From sequence record PP596839.1: DNA of 64,000 nt. One strand, written 5' to 3'. The position numbers were made by a program, and so were the translations under genes. How positions within the stretch are numbered: the stretch's first letter is position 1; each line of letters begins with the position of its first letter. Origin of the DNA: Pseudomonas phage WP1. The notes below the pieces were generated by a model. That model saw only the letters and a list, made by a program, of their open reading frames with translations, was not told the DNA's origin and ran no database searches. Shown here in pieces: positions 35,423 through 44,972 of the stretch.

Positions 35423-35824
35423 ATGAGTCTTCCTAGCGACAAAGTGATGCTGCGAATCGTCCAGTCCATCCTCGCGATCCTCATCGGGATCGCTTGGGCC
35501 TGCGCCGACCATGGAGTCGTGGCCGCCGAACTTCCGCCATCGTTGCAGGCCCATCCCGCGAGGCCAGGGCACAGCGAAGTCTCGGCCCGCGACCCTAGGT
35601 TGGTCGAGGCCGAAAAAGCGCGGGAAGAGGCCTTAGAACATGTCCTTTCGCTGCGCCCGGAAGTTATCGAGGCGAAAGCCCGCTTCGCGGCCGAGGCGGC
35701 GCAGCAAGGAATGTCCACTAAGAAGTATGCTGAGGTGCAGAGCCAAGCCAGAATTCTCACAGGAATGCTACTGGCGTCTGCAGCATTTCTGTTCATTTTC
35801 AGCACCATGCTACCCAGGCCCTGA
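35423..35824 (+). CDS. Membrane protein (N- and C-terminal TM segments, central coiled coil)
   Basis: RBS ggtggagga. MSLPSDKVMLRIVQSILAILIGIAWACADHG.. ..ILTGMLLASAAFLFIFSTMLPRP*. Confidence 0.35.
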   Translation: MSLPSDKVMLRIVQSILAILIGIAWACADHGVVAAELPPSLQAHPARPGHSEVSARDPRLVEAEKAREEALEHVLSLRPEVIEAKARFAAEAAQQGMSTKKYAEVQSQARILTGMLLASAAFLFIFSTMLPRP

Positions 35825-35868
35825 ATAGGCCTGGGTAGACCACAAACCCCAGCCAAAAGAGAATCACC

Positions 35869-36219
35869 ATGAAGAAAGAACCGATTCACCTCAGCTCCAT
35901 GGCCTCGGCCCGCGCTATCGATGCGGAATTCGCATTCCGGATGGACGAGTTAATGGCGCGTGTAGCGAAAGAGCACGAAGCGCTCGCCGCTCGCCTGAAT
36001 GCCGAGAATGAAGCGCCCTGGGGCGAAATCCGCGCTGTCGCCGGCCTGAGCGCCATCGACTTCCCGAACATCGCCATGGCGCACGACAATTCCGATGGGA
36101 AGCTCCATGTAATGGACGCCGACGAGCTGGAGCGCGTCCGCCAGTCCTGCCCGTGCCCGGACTGCGCATCCGCTCGCGCAGAAAGAATGCCGTCGCAAGC
36201 CAGTGGAGGGATTCACTAA
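35869..36219 (+). CDS. Hypothetical protein (116 aa, intact)
   Basis: RBS aaagagaa. Contains CPCPDC. Confidence 0.45.
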   Translation: MKKEPIHLSSMASARAIDAEFAFRMDELMARVAKEHEALAARLNAENEAPWGEIRAVAGLSAIDFPNIAMAHDNSDGKLHVMDADELERVRQSCPCPDCASARAERMPSQASGGIH

Positions 36220-36365
36220 TGGCCCTGAAGCTATCTTCCGTTCACGTTCGAATCGACGGACCTGACGGAAAAGTTCTGTCGGAAGGCCGCGCAGAGTTCT
36301 CCGGGACGGCCTCCTGGATCGCCGCGCAACGCGAAATGCAGCTCAGGCACCTCGTCGGAACTTGA
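36219..36365 (+). CDS. Small hypothetical protein (48 aa)
   Basis: TAATG overlap with the upstream gene. MALKLSSVHVRIDGPDGKVLSEGRAEFSGTASWIAAQREMQLRHLVGT. Confidence 0.3.
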   Translation: MALKLSSVHVRIDGPDGKVLSEGRAEFSGTASWIAAQREMQLRHLVGT

Positions 36366-36433
36366 TCTGAAGGTGCCCTTACCTATCTGGCCGACAACGG
36401 CTATAACGTAACATTCAGCAAAGGTGAAAAGCA

Positions 36434-36819
36434 ATGATCGAAAGACACATCCTGGATGCGGAAGTCGTCGAGCGGATTCGTTCTCTTCGCCATGCGACTC
36501 AACGTCCTGGACGAAACCCTGCAACGGGCCGTCGACAATGGCAATGCTCAGTCACCAGAAATCCCTGCAAGACCTTCGAACCCATGAAGCTCAACCCTGG
36601 GATGCGCTCAACGCCCGTTACGGCCTGTCCGTCGAGAAGACTTATGACCTGCGTTTCGAGGGCGAAGAAGCCGTGCTGGTCGAGGTGCCGCCCGGCGACG
36701 GACAAGGCGATGACTTCATCGTCGAGTCGGAAACCGAAGCGCTCGCAGCAGGCCAGAAAGACCTGGAAGTCGGCGAGGCCGTTGCGTCGACACTCAGCGC
36801 CAGGAACCGCAACGAGTAA
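36434..36819 (+). CDS. Hypothetical acidic protein (frame change near 36480)
   Basis: RBS aaaggtgaaaag. The C-terminal part ..[75 protein letters not shown] is followed by a terminator. Confidence 0.35.
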
Positions 36820-36826
36820 TACCAGA

Positions 36827-36857
36827 AGCCCGGATCGCTCCGGGCTTTTCTCTGTTT
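36827..36857. terminator. Bidirectional rho-independent terminator between convergent genes
   Basis: AGCCCGGA-tcgc-TCCGGGCT then TTTCTCTGTTT. It terminates both the 36434-36819 (+) gene and the large terminase (-). Confidence 0.6.
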
Positions 36858-38246
36858 AGAAGTCGAAGAAACCTTTGGGCTTCCTGATCGGCAGGAATGG
36901 CCGACATCGATCACCGAATCAGCGATGTTCGGCGACCTGATCTTGCGCTTCTCGCGCATATCCTTCTTGGACTCGACTTTGAATCGGCCGTTCATATCCA
37001 GGTCTTTGCGCGGCGAGGAAAGTTCGATACACCAGCTGATTTAGCTTGTCCGGGTGAATCGTTTCAGGGTTGATCGAAATCAATTCGTCGAATGGATAGA
37101 CCTTTAGATGGACAACCGCCTCGTAAGTCTTCCGGAACCTTGTCGCGACTTCTTCCCACTTCTGCGCCTTGATACTGCTAAAGTGATCTTTGTTCTTGAT
37201 CGTAGTGTGCGGCAGCTTCATGTAAATATCATCAGGCTTATCTACAGCGCCGCCTGCGTTGAATGGATCATAGGTCAGCCTGAAGCCTGGGCTGGAGTCA
37301 TTCAATTCTGCGAACTTCGACCCGACGTGAGCGCCGACGCCGACTGAGTCATAAGTGACCGAGGCGCCTTTCACCTTCGCCAGGTTGTAAACGCGACTGG
37401 ACGACTTGAGCAACTCATCTTCCAGACCATCCCATTCGTCGACTTCCATGATGACGCTGCCGTGCATTAGAGTCGTGGCGTTCGCATCCTCGCCGTCATC
37501 CGCAACGTCGAAGCCGATGCGCTTCGACCCGGCCGGCTCCCAGCCGAGTTTTTTGTGGGCATCAATGGCAGCGAGGATGAACTTGAGGTTGATGACGGAC
37601 CTGTCGCCGCCCGTCTTCGGAATCCCTCCATGGACGTGCTCAGCCTGGTCCTTGTCGCGCTCATAAGCTTCGTGGATGACCTTGAGCATCGTCTCATCTG
37701 AGAAACGGATTTTCGTTCCAGCTGATCATCCTGACGAAGGCGTCTTTTGGTGGCTTCACCACGAAGTTCTGATAAACGAAGCCTGTTACTTCGTTCGGGC
37801 TGAAGATGATCCAGATTTCCTGAGTTCTCTTTCCGAATGGTCGGCTCAGTGACTTCCCACTGTTCCTGGGTAAGGTAGTGCGCTTCCTCAAGCCAGAGAA
37901 TGTCAGTGCCTTCGGTGGACTTGATTTCCGACAGGTTACGGGCGATCCCATAGAATAAGAATTCTGATCCTGTCCTCTTGTGCTTGATCGAGTTCTTCGT
38001 GAAAATGAACTCGCCGTTGTACTCAGGAATTCTCAATCTTGTCCTTGATCAACGTGTAGACCGATTCGCTGATGCGGTTCTGAAACTGGCGAGCACAGAG
38101 GAACTTGAGTCTATCAGCTGGCCGCGAGGTAAACGGCGATACCGCCTGCGTCGTGTGACTTCGAAGACGCCCGGCCGCCATAAATGACCCTGTAACGGGC
38201 GCGAGTTCGCCAGACCGCTCGCAATCGCAGCGTTGAGCTTGTACAT
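36856..38246 (-). CDS. terL: Terminase large subunit (T4 gp17-type, Terminase_6 family), broken by at least 5 frame changes
   Basis: Walker [27 protein letters not shown]; ..[17 protein letters not shown].. (Walker B / coupling); nuclease-domain [15 protein letters not shown] and [13 protein letters not shown]; C-terminal ..[34 protein letters not shown]... It sits inverted inside a block of plus-strand early genes. Confidence 0.7.
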
Positions 38247-38348
38247 TCTAATCAATCCGGTGTCAGCAATAGGTCGAGTATATCGACGCCGCAACAGACG
38301 GTCGAGCACAGCCGTTCGTCGGTGAACATAATTTTACTGTTAATACAC

Positions 38349-38399
38349 TTTACTTCCATTCTGAATAGCGTCATAATCTCTTCATCGAAACGCGAAACA
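38349..38399 (+). promoter_or_regulatory. Early promoter and conserved leader (TTTACT-17-CATAAT; CATCGAAACGCGAAAC)
   Basis: Best-formed copy. RBS aacagaggaacgcagaa before ATG 38423. Confidence 0.55.
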
Positions 38400-38422
38400 C
38401 TCCAAAACAGAGGAACGCAGAA

Positions 38423-38569
38423 ATGACCAAATCCCAGATCAACGATCAAATCCGCTCCGCCAAGATCGCCATCAGCGAGGCAGAAATGGAAGGCCTGCGC
38501 GGCCAGGCCATGATCGCCCTGAAAGCTAAGCTGACCACCCTCAAAGCTCAGTACAAACTCGCCAAATAA
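38423..38569 (+). CDS. Small helical protein (48 aa)
   Basis: MTKSQINDQIRSAKIAISEAEMEGLRGQAMIALKAKLTTLKAQYKLAK. Confidence 0.45.
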   Translation: MTKSQINDQIRSAKIAISEAEMEGLRGQAMIALKAKLTTLKAQYKLAK

Positions 38570-38580
38570 GGGGCCAGAAA

Positions 38581-38832
38581 ATGACTAAGCAGATCAATAT
38601 CGGCGTCAGCAACTTCGACGAAGTTTTCATCCAGCACATAATCGGCGGCGGTTTCCTCTTCGATGTCGACGACCATGAAGTCACAGACCGCATCCTCCTG
38701 AATGTGGATGGCGAACCGGCTATCCAGTTCGAACTGAATGCCGAACTGTGGAACGAAGAGACTCTGGGCATTCCGATGGACATCGACAGTGACGAGTTCG
38801 CCGATGAGCTTCAGAGACTGGGTCGAGTCTAA
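38581..38832 (+). CDS. Hypothetical acidic protein (83 aa, intact)
   Basis: RBS taaggggccagaaa. Confidence 0.45.
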   Translation: MTKQINIGVSNFDEVFIQHIIGGGFLFDVDDHEVTDRILLNVDGEPAIQFELNAELWNEETLGIPMDIDSDEFADELQRLGRV

Positions 38833-38931
38833 GGTTAATTTCGCCTTCGAAGAGTGGCTGAGCGCGGACGAAGGCGAAGAGTAATCATCAGGCGCGGCCG
38901 GCTGGTCGCGCCATTCACAGGAGAATTGTCG

Positions 38932-39850
38932 ATGTCCAAGCTAATCCCTTTCAACAGCATCGACGGTGAAGTCAAATTCGAACTGGAAGTCGCTGACGGG
39001 ACGAAAATCGTCCTCACTGACGTAAGCGTCAGCGCCTCCCAGTTTCGGAAGTTCTGGCCTCTAGCAGACAGCCCCTGCTGGCACGAAGAGAATGCAGAGT
39101 TCGTTCCTCGATACAAGTCTTCTTACTTGCAGGGCGCGACTGAGCTGTCCAACAGGGCAATCTTAGCGTTCGCCGCTGGGCAGTATTACCTGCGGGCCGA
39201 TCAGGGACGTAAAGACGAATCCGAAGGTGTGACTTCTGACGAAAGCCTGATGGCCATGGAGCTTGATCGGGAGAACTCGCGCCTGGACGAATGCCTGCAA
39301 AACTCCATCGCTCGCGAAGACAAGACGGCCGAGGTGAATCGCCAGCTTCAACTCAGAATCAGAGTATCTGGAGGCTGAAGTCGAAACGAAGAACTCCTGC
39401 CATAAAGGGTCACCAAAGAAGAATCGACGAACTGCTGAAGCACTCGCAGAACCTGTCCGCGCAGAACGTCGAATTTTCGCTGGAGCTGGAGTCCAAGAAG
39501 ACTCTCCTGGAAGCACTCGACAAGAGCCTGGAAACCCTAATGGCCGACAAAGACAGGCTCGAAACAGCAGCGAAATCGGCCATCGACCTGGAAAACAAAG
39601 CTGTCGAAACGAATAGCCAGCTCGCCCTTCGAATCCGCGACCTGGAGGCCGAGCTGGCGTCCCAAAAGGCGCTCCGGGAAGAGCCTGACAGAAGCCTGGA
39701 CGGAAGCATCGCCAATGCCAACAACCAGTACAGCTGGCTGCGAAGCGCGCGAAGCACTGTCGCAGGCGCGCGAGGATGCCGAGTTCTATCGCATCGGCAT
39801 GCAAAGGATCGCGGAAACTGCGAACCGCAGACCTTTCGAGGACTGCTGAT
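38932..39850 (+). CDS. Coiled-coil protein (frame changes near 39360 and near 39740)
   Basis: RBS cacaggaga. MSKLIPFNSIDGEVKFELEVADGTKIVLTDVSVS.., then a long heptad-like segment ..IDELLKHSQNLSAQNVEFSLELESKKTLLEALDKSLETLMADKDRLETAAKSAIDLENKAVETNSQLALRIRDLEAELASQKALRE.. Confidence 0.35.
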
Positions 39851-40057
39851 CGTGCAGGAATATTGCCTGTACCATATCCCTCGGCCCGGAACGCTCCAGT
39901 TCGAATTCGAACGGACTGCCAGTTCCAAACTCGGCATCAATGACGGCTGCCTGTCTCTGTCATCCGATGGCGAGCGCTACCTGAACGATCACGCTGACTG
40001 GCTCTGGCGACAGTTCCTGGCTTCCAGAAATTTCAGATAATTCTCTCAAAAAGTGCT

Positions 40058-40106
40058 TTACTCGATGAGGTGGCTGAGGTATAGTCACCTCATCGAAACG
40101 CGAAAC
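40058..40106 (+). promoter_or_regulatory. Early promoter and conserved leader (TTTACT-16-TATAGT; CATCGAAACGCGAAAC)
   Basis: RBS aaaaagaggactgcgaa before ATG 40128. Confidence 0.5.
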
Positions 40107-40127
40107 GCTCAAAAAGAGGACTGCGAA

Positions 40128-40379
40128 ATGACCAGCTCCAAATGGAACATCGGCAGAAACGACACCATTGCAGTCGAGGCCGTAAACAGCCGCGAAGATT
40201 TCCGCTGGAATGGCAAGATTCGCGTTATTCACTACAGCGCCGGCCAAATCGTCAACATCATCGAGTTCTATCACCACGACCTGGACTGGGCGATCAAGAA
40301 TTTCGGCATCAAGCTGAAGGCTATCTCCAAAGGCCTGGAAATACTCCACACCTGCTACTTCGGGAAGTATGTCAGATGA
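40128..40379 (+). CDS. Hypothetical protein (83 aa, intact)
   Basis: MTSSKWNIGRNDTIAVEAVNSREDFRWNGKIRVIHYSAGQIVNIIEFYHHDLDWAIKNFGIKLKAISKGLEILHTCYFGKYVR. Confidence 0.5.
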   Translation: MTSSKWNIGRNDTIAVEAVNSREDFRWNGKIRVIHYSAGQIVNIIEFYHHDLDWAIKNFGIKLKAISKGLEILHTCYFGKYVR

Positions 40380-40984
40380 TCGTCCAACTCGATTCCCAAG
40401 AAGAGAAAATCATCAGCCTGAGAACTCTGTCCAAGTATCGTCGCGCCGGTGGCAGGTTCGCGCCGGTGGACGGGACTCAGACCGGTCCTGGGGTCCAGTC
40501 GACAACGCGCTCTGGGCGAAGTTCGAAGCCGAAGCCAGGGCAGAATACATCCGCAAACAGGAGCGTAAAGCATGATCAAGCAAGACCTGTACAAGCAGAT
40601 CGCCTTCGAGGCGACTGGCTCCGGCATCAGATGTTCGTCAAGCTTTACTGCAACGACACCATCCTGGAAGTCATCGGCGTCGAGGAGGCCCATACTGATG
40701 GGACGACTCGGCTGCGTTACACCGGCCACGCCGATGGTGTCGATATCCATTTCTTCATCAATGAAATCGACATTGGTGATGGCATGAGTGGCCATTCGAT
40801 GTTCGACTTTGAAGTCGATTTCAATAGCGCCACCAATAGCGCCACCATGGAGATCGATCCCGGCTCATTCCATGTAGGCTTCGGGTTTGGTGCGACTGCC
40901 CTGTCAGTCCTGATTCATGTAGATGGAGTATGGGTGAGCGAACGGACGGCATGGATTCCAGATCCAAAAGAGATATCGCCATGA
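40376..40984 (+). CDS. Two small hypothetical genes (about 40376-40575 and 40572-40984), both frameshifted
   Basis: ATGA overlaps; the second has a C-terminal ..ILEVIGVEEAHTDGTTRLRYTGHADGVDIHFFINEIDIGDGMSGHSMFDFEVDFNSATNSATMEIDPGSFHVGFGFGATALSVLIHVDGVWVSERTAWIPDPKEISP*. Confidence 0.3.
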   Translation: MIVQLDSQEEKIISLRTLSKYRRAGGRFAPVDGTQTGPGVQSTTRSGRSSKPKPGQNTSANRSVKHDQARPVQADRLRGDWLRHQMFVKLYCNDTILEVIGVEEAHTDGTTRLRYTGHADGVDIHFFINEIDIGDGMSGHSMFDFEVDFNSATNSATMEIDPGSFHVGFGFGATALSVLIHVDGVWVSERTAWIPDPKEISP

Positions 40985-41193
40985 GCAAGCGCAAAAACGA
41001 TCAAGGCGGCTGGGCGCAGCCCGGCAATGCTCGCAAAGCCCACTTCTTCGCGGCGGACGGCCGCAGCCTGTGCAAGCGCTGGCTGTATCTCGGCAAGACT
41101 TACAGCGAGCTGCCCGACCTGGAAATCACCTGCGCGACATGCGAGAAGAAGCGCCAGAGTCCTTTCGAGAAATACTGCGACACCATTCTCTAA
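40981..41193 (+). CDS. Small Cys4 zinc-finger-like protein (70 aa, intact)
   Basis: ..CKRW..14..CATCEKKRQSPFEKYC..; ATGA overlap with the upstream gene. Confidence 0.45.
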   Translation: MSKRKNDQGGWAQPGNARKAHFFAADGRSLCKRWLYLGKTYSELPDLEITCATCEKKRQSPFEKYCDTIL

Positions 41194-41224
41194 CGTTCAA
41201 GCCTTCAAAAACCGAGGAACCGCC

Positions 41225-41869
41225 ATGAAACTCTACCATGCAAAAGTCAGCCCTCCATCCTTCTATCGCCACAACCAGACCGACGAAGAGCGGAAAGCCT
41301 TGGAGGCGGAATATGTCAGCAAGCTCCACGTTCTCCTGGGGAACCTGGAAGGCGTAACAATCGGGAATCCTGGTGAGCGGAACTGGGAGCCGTCCAACTG
41401 GAGCAACGACGTTCCCGTGATGTGTAATGAAATCGGCCTGGGCCGTCTGACCGCTTCAGCCTGGGATCTGAACAAGGACTATCCGTATACCATCATCAGC
41501 CTGGTCCTTCCCTGGGACGACACTGACCCGGAAGCTGCTCTGCGACCCATGCTTGAGCGCCTGGAGCTGGCCGCAAGCCGGTTGGCTGGCAGGTCCGAAG
41601 GCTACATCAACCAACCGGAGATTGTGAGCGGAATCGAGGGCTGGAACTCGCACACCAGCTCGGCCATCCCTGGTCCGAATCTCCAGAGCGTCAGCCGACC
41701 TGCTGCTCAAGGAAGACTGCTGCACGGACGAACTCCAGTACGCCCTGGACGCAGGATGGCGCCTTCTCGCCGTGTGTCCTCAGGAAGCGCGCCGGCCCGA
41801 CTATATCCTGGGGCGGTTCGATCCCGTCCCGCCGAACGGACCGCGTGGCGCGTCCAGGAGCATCGATTA
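41225..41869 (+). CDS. Hypothetical protein (frame change near 41700)
   Basis: RBS aaaccgaggaacc. MKLYHAKVSPPSFYRHNQTDEERKALEAEYVSKLHVLLGNLEGVTIGNPGERNWEPSNWSNDVPVMCNEIGLGRLTASAWDLNKDYPYTIISLVLPWDDTDPEAALRPMLERLELAASRLAGRSEGY.. ..LLKEDCCTDELQYALDAGWRLLAVCPQEARRPDYILGRFDPVPPNGP.. Confidence 0.4.
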
Positions 41870-42133
41870 AATGACCAGATGGTAGGCCCGGCTGGTAAGC
41901 GCTACTGGCTCCGACCATGAGACCAGGTACTGGGAGTGTCCTGACGGACAAACCATACGCCTGGTCTTCGTCATCAACGGCCGCCGATACGAGATCAGTC
42001 GACGAGTGAATGTCGACATGCTGGCCAGTCGGCGCAGGCCTGAATCTTTCGGCCGAGTCCTGGCAAGGATGGAAATAAGCCTGTGGTTCGCAGACTGTGC
42101 GAGCAAGAAGGTCAATGGCGCGGTAGCGTAGCC
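41870..42133 (+). CDS. Small hypothetical protein (frameshifted at the start)
   Basis: ..TRYWECPDGQTIRLVFVINGRRYEISRRVNVDMLASRRRPESFGRVLARMEISLWFADCASKKVNGAVA*. Confidence 0.25.
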
Positions 42134-42187
42134 ATAAGCGATACCGCGCTTTGGTTCCACCTGACGGGAGAACTGATACATAAATGC

Positions 42188-42240
42188 TTTACTCGGCGGT
42201 GAGAATCAGGGCATAATCTCTTCACCGGCTGAGAAGCCGG
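42188..42240 (+). promoter_or_regulatory. Early promoter (TTTACT-18-CATAATCTCTTCA) with a leader hairpin CCGGCTgagaAGCCGG
   Basis: A variant leader lacking CGAAACGCGAAAC; RBS aaaaaggaa before ATG 42268. Confidence 0.45.
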
Positions 42241-42267
42241 GCCCAAAGTCCAAAAAGGAATCTCGAA

Positions 42268-42680
42268 ATGTACAGAACTCCCTCGTCCAAGTTCACGTTC
42301 ACCTGCAACGGACTCGCCCAGAGTACTGAAGTGACGGTCCTGCTCCGGACGCAGAAACCGGAAGACGCTATGGGTGGTGGACGAAGCTCCATCCGCTGAC
42401 CTGATTCGTATTCACGAACGCAGCAACAAACGCCGTCGCCGTACCATCAAAATCATCGACGTGGACTCCGTGTCCATCCTTCACAAACGTTAACCCATCG
42501 GCGCGGTCGGAATCGTCCTGGCCGCGCCTTCCGCAGGAGGTTATTATGGCCAAGGTTAATGTTGGCTTGTGAACTGACCGTAGGCGACGAAATACTCACC
42601 CAGTCGTGGACGACAGTGACCCCATTCGGCGTCGAGCCATCGTCCTGCGCACCAGTCCTGCTCCGAACAACAAAATAAGC
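42268..42680 (+). pseudogene. Degenerate tandem paralog(s) of the 42786-43007 gene
   Basis: 42545 MAKVNVGL*..ELTVGDEILTQSWTTVTPF is similar to 42786 MAKVVRVDELKTGDEILIKLRP; the reading is broken by frame changes and stops. Confidence 0.3.
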
Positions 42681-42785
42681 GTCGGACTGTCAGCACTTAT
42701 CGGCGGTGAGTGGAAGGACTTCGGGATTAAACTCAGGAGTGACTACCCAGCCATCACCTGGAACTCAATCGAATAGGAGAACGAC

Positions 42786-43007
42786 ATGGCAAAAGTAGTA
42801 AGGGTGGACGAACTCAAAACGGGCGACGAGATTCTGATCAAGCTCAGGCCCGACAGCGCAGCAAGGAACAGGGCCATCGTCCTGTCGGTCGAACTCTGGC
42901 GTGGTGAAGTAACTCTGGAGTTGACCTGCCCGGTCGGCGACTACTGGGAAGACTGGCGCGGGAAATATGTCGAGTACACCAAAGTCGTCCTGATGAAGCG
43001 CGACTAA
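42786..43007 (+). CDS. Small hypothetical protein (73 aa, intact)
   Basis: RBS ataggagaacgac. MAKVVRVDELKTGDEILIKLRPDSAARNRAIVLSVELWRGEVTLELTCPVGDYWEDWRGKYVEYTKVVLMKRD. Confidence 0.5.
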   Translation: MAKVVRVDELKTGDEILIKLRPDSAARNRAIVLSVELWRGEVTLELTCPVGDYWEDWRGKYVEYTKVVLMKRD

Positions 43008-43095
43008 CGACTAGCCTCTGCCATTCGGTAGAGGCTTCACCATGGGAGATCATTGATCCCCTGACAAAGAACAAACAGCAAATGCTCATTACTGG

Positions 43096-43374
43096 GTGAC
43101 GGTCAGTCCGACCGACCTGTCAAGCGCGTCGGCCGCGCAGCGACTCTGCGAAACGATCAACCTGAACATGACGCGAGGCGTCGCAGCCTACATCAAGTTC
43201 TACGGCTCGAAAGGCGAAGCATTGGTGACGCGAGTCATTCCGCACCAGTGCGAACTCTTCGTGAATGACGAGTCCGGAACGAATCGTCGCCGGACTGCGA
43301 TGATGATCGAGTACATGCGCTTCAAAGTTCCGGCCGGAATGTCCCTGGTCGAGCATACCAAGCAACCTTACTGA
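43096..43374 (+). CDS. Hypothetical protein (92 aa, GTG start)
   Basis: Intact ORF; weak RBS. Confidence 0.4.
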   Translation: MTVSPTDLSSASAAQRLCETINLNMTRGVAAYIKFYGSKGEALVTRVIPHQCELFVNDESGTNRRRTAMMIEYMRFKVPAGMSLVEHTKQPY

Positions 43375-43383
43375 GGGCGCATA

Positions 43384-43996
43384 ATGCTATACACCTGGGA
43401 AGATCAAGATATCCATAATGGCACTGAAACTGTCGCCTTCGTCGGCGAGGCCAGGTCCAGCTGATCTGATCATCGGATTCAAACTCGGTGATTTGTTCGC
43501 CGTTGCCGAAGAGGCCACTGGCCAGGTCGTGGTAAGCCAGCCTGTCTCGGCAAGGGGCGGCGGAGATGGCTGAACCTCAACGGCCAGATCCCTGCCGAGA
43601 TCATCAGCCACGGCCCTGGTAATCACAAGAACCCGCATGTCATGGGCAGATTCCATCGCCCTGAAAAGGCTGCCGAACCATCCGACCATGCGCTGCGTCA
43701 CAACCCCGTTCATGGGCGTCGATCCCGCAGAACCGGGCAACGACACGACGGTTCACTACGAGCCGAAAGAACCGAGCCTTCCCGACCTCCCAGAAGGGCC
43801 GATGTCTCCACCAGCTCCGCCCGCGCCTCCAGTGCCGAAAGCGCCAAAAGCACCGCCCGCGCCTCCGGCACCGCAGGTAAGCAGGCGGCCTGAACCGCTG
43901 GGGCTTCGGTCCGGGGCCATCCCGTCCAGTCCGTCGCCCGCGTCGGACAACGATAAGCCCGGCGACCTGCCTGTCGAGCCGATCCCGACTTTCTGA
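43384..43996 (+). CDS. Proline-rich hypothetical protein (frameshifted)
   Basis: C-terminal ..PSLPDLPEGPMSPPAPPAPPVPKAPKAPPAPPAPQVSRRPEPLGLRSGAIPSSPSPASDNDKPGDLPVEPIPTF*. Confidence 0.3.
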
Positions 43997-44014
43997 CCAT
44001 CGCAGCATCGTCCA

Positions 44015-44047
44015 GAAAACACCGCAGGATAGGCTGCGGTGTTTTCA
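44015..44047 (+). terminator. Rho-independent terminator
   Basis: AACACCGCAGG-atagg-CTGCGGTGTTTTCAC. Confidence 0.55.
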
Positions 44048-44096
44048 CATCCGACAACCGTTCGTCGGGTTCGTCATCATTATGCTGAAATAAATG

Positions 44097-44125
44097 TAGA
44101 CACGCAGCATCGACCTAGGCATAAT
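44097..44125 (+). promoter_or_regulatory. Early promoter variant (TAGACA-17-CATAATCTCTTTCA)
   Basis: Degenerate leader cccgaacgaaatc; RBS aaaacagaggatcgcaaa before ATG 44188. Confidence 0.5.
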
Positions 44126-44187
44126 CTCTTTCAACGGGGCGACAAACTGAAGCCCGAACGAAATCTTCCAAAACAGAGGATCGCAAA

Positions 44188-44800
44188 ATGACCAACTCCA
44201 TCAAGACCTTCGGCGACATCCAGAACGCAGAAATGAAAGAACTGGTCGCCTTCTACAACGCTCACAACGCCGATGCGACTGTCAAGCGCTTCTCTGATCG
44301 CAAGACCGCCGAGCGTCGCTGCCTCGCCATCCTGAACGCTCTGCCGGCCGAGGAAGAAGCTTTCCAGGAAGAGGAAGCCCCGGCCAAGGTTTACAAAACC
44401 CGCACTTCCAAGAAGAAGGAAGAAGAGAAGGCCGAAGAAGAAAATCTGAAGCCGGAGGAAGAGGTCACCGAAGAGGAAGCGCTGGAAGAAATCCGGAAGA
44501 TGCGCGAAGAGGCGAAGAAAGCTCCAGGGAAGGTCAAGTAGTCCAGAGACCTGTCCGCAGCCATCGCCAACTCCTGGAAAGACCCGGAAGTCTCCAAGAA
44601 GCGCACCCAGCGTAATGGCGTGGCGGTGACCGTCAAAGGGAAGCGCGGTGAGTTCCGGTCCACCAGCGCAGCATTCATCGAGTTCGGCCTGCCCTCTTCG
44701 AAGCACATCCGCTTCCGCATGGCAGCTGAAGGAGGCCGGCAAGTTGACTTTCGAGCACGAAGGCGTCAAATACAACTTCGAAATCATCGAAGCTGGAGAA
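44188..44800 (+). CDS. Hypothetical protein with a K/E-rich linker, an in-frame TAG at 44539-44541 and a frame change near 44730
   Basis: MTNSIKTFGDIQNAEMKELVAFYNAHNADATVKRFSDRKTAERRCLAILNALP..(EEKAEEE linker)..KAPGKVK*SRDLSAAIANSWKDPEVSKKRTQRNGVAVTVKGKRGEFRSTSAAFIEFGLP.. ..KLKEAGKLTFEHEGVKYNFEIIEAGE*. A terminator follows. Confidence 0.45.
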
Positions 44801-44822
44801 TAAGAAGCCCCAGAAGAAAGCC

Positions 44823-44857
44823 CCGGATTCTGAACTAGAGTCCGGGGCTTTGTCGCT
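44823..44857 (+). terminator. Rho-independent terminator
   Basis: AAAGCCCCGGA-ttctgaactagag-TCCGGGGCTTTGTCGCTT. Confidence 0.6.
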
Positions 44858-44972
44858 TCTGATCGTTATTGGTCGGCTTCCTAGAACAGCCCTAGAATCG
44901 TTTTTCGCCCCCTACCCGCTACCGTCGCCTTAGATCGGTCCGATTCAGGCCTAGAACGATGTTATTTTATGT

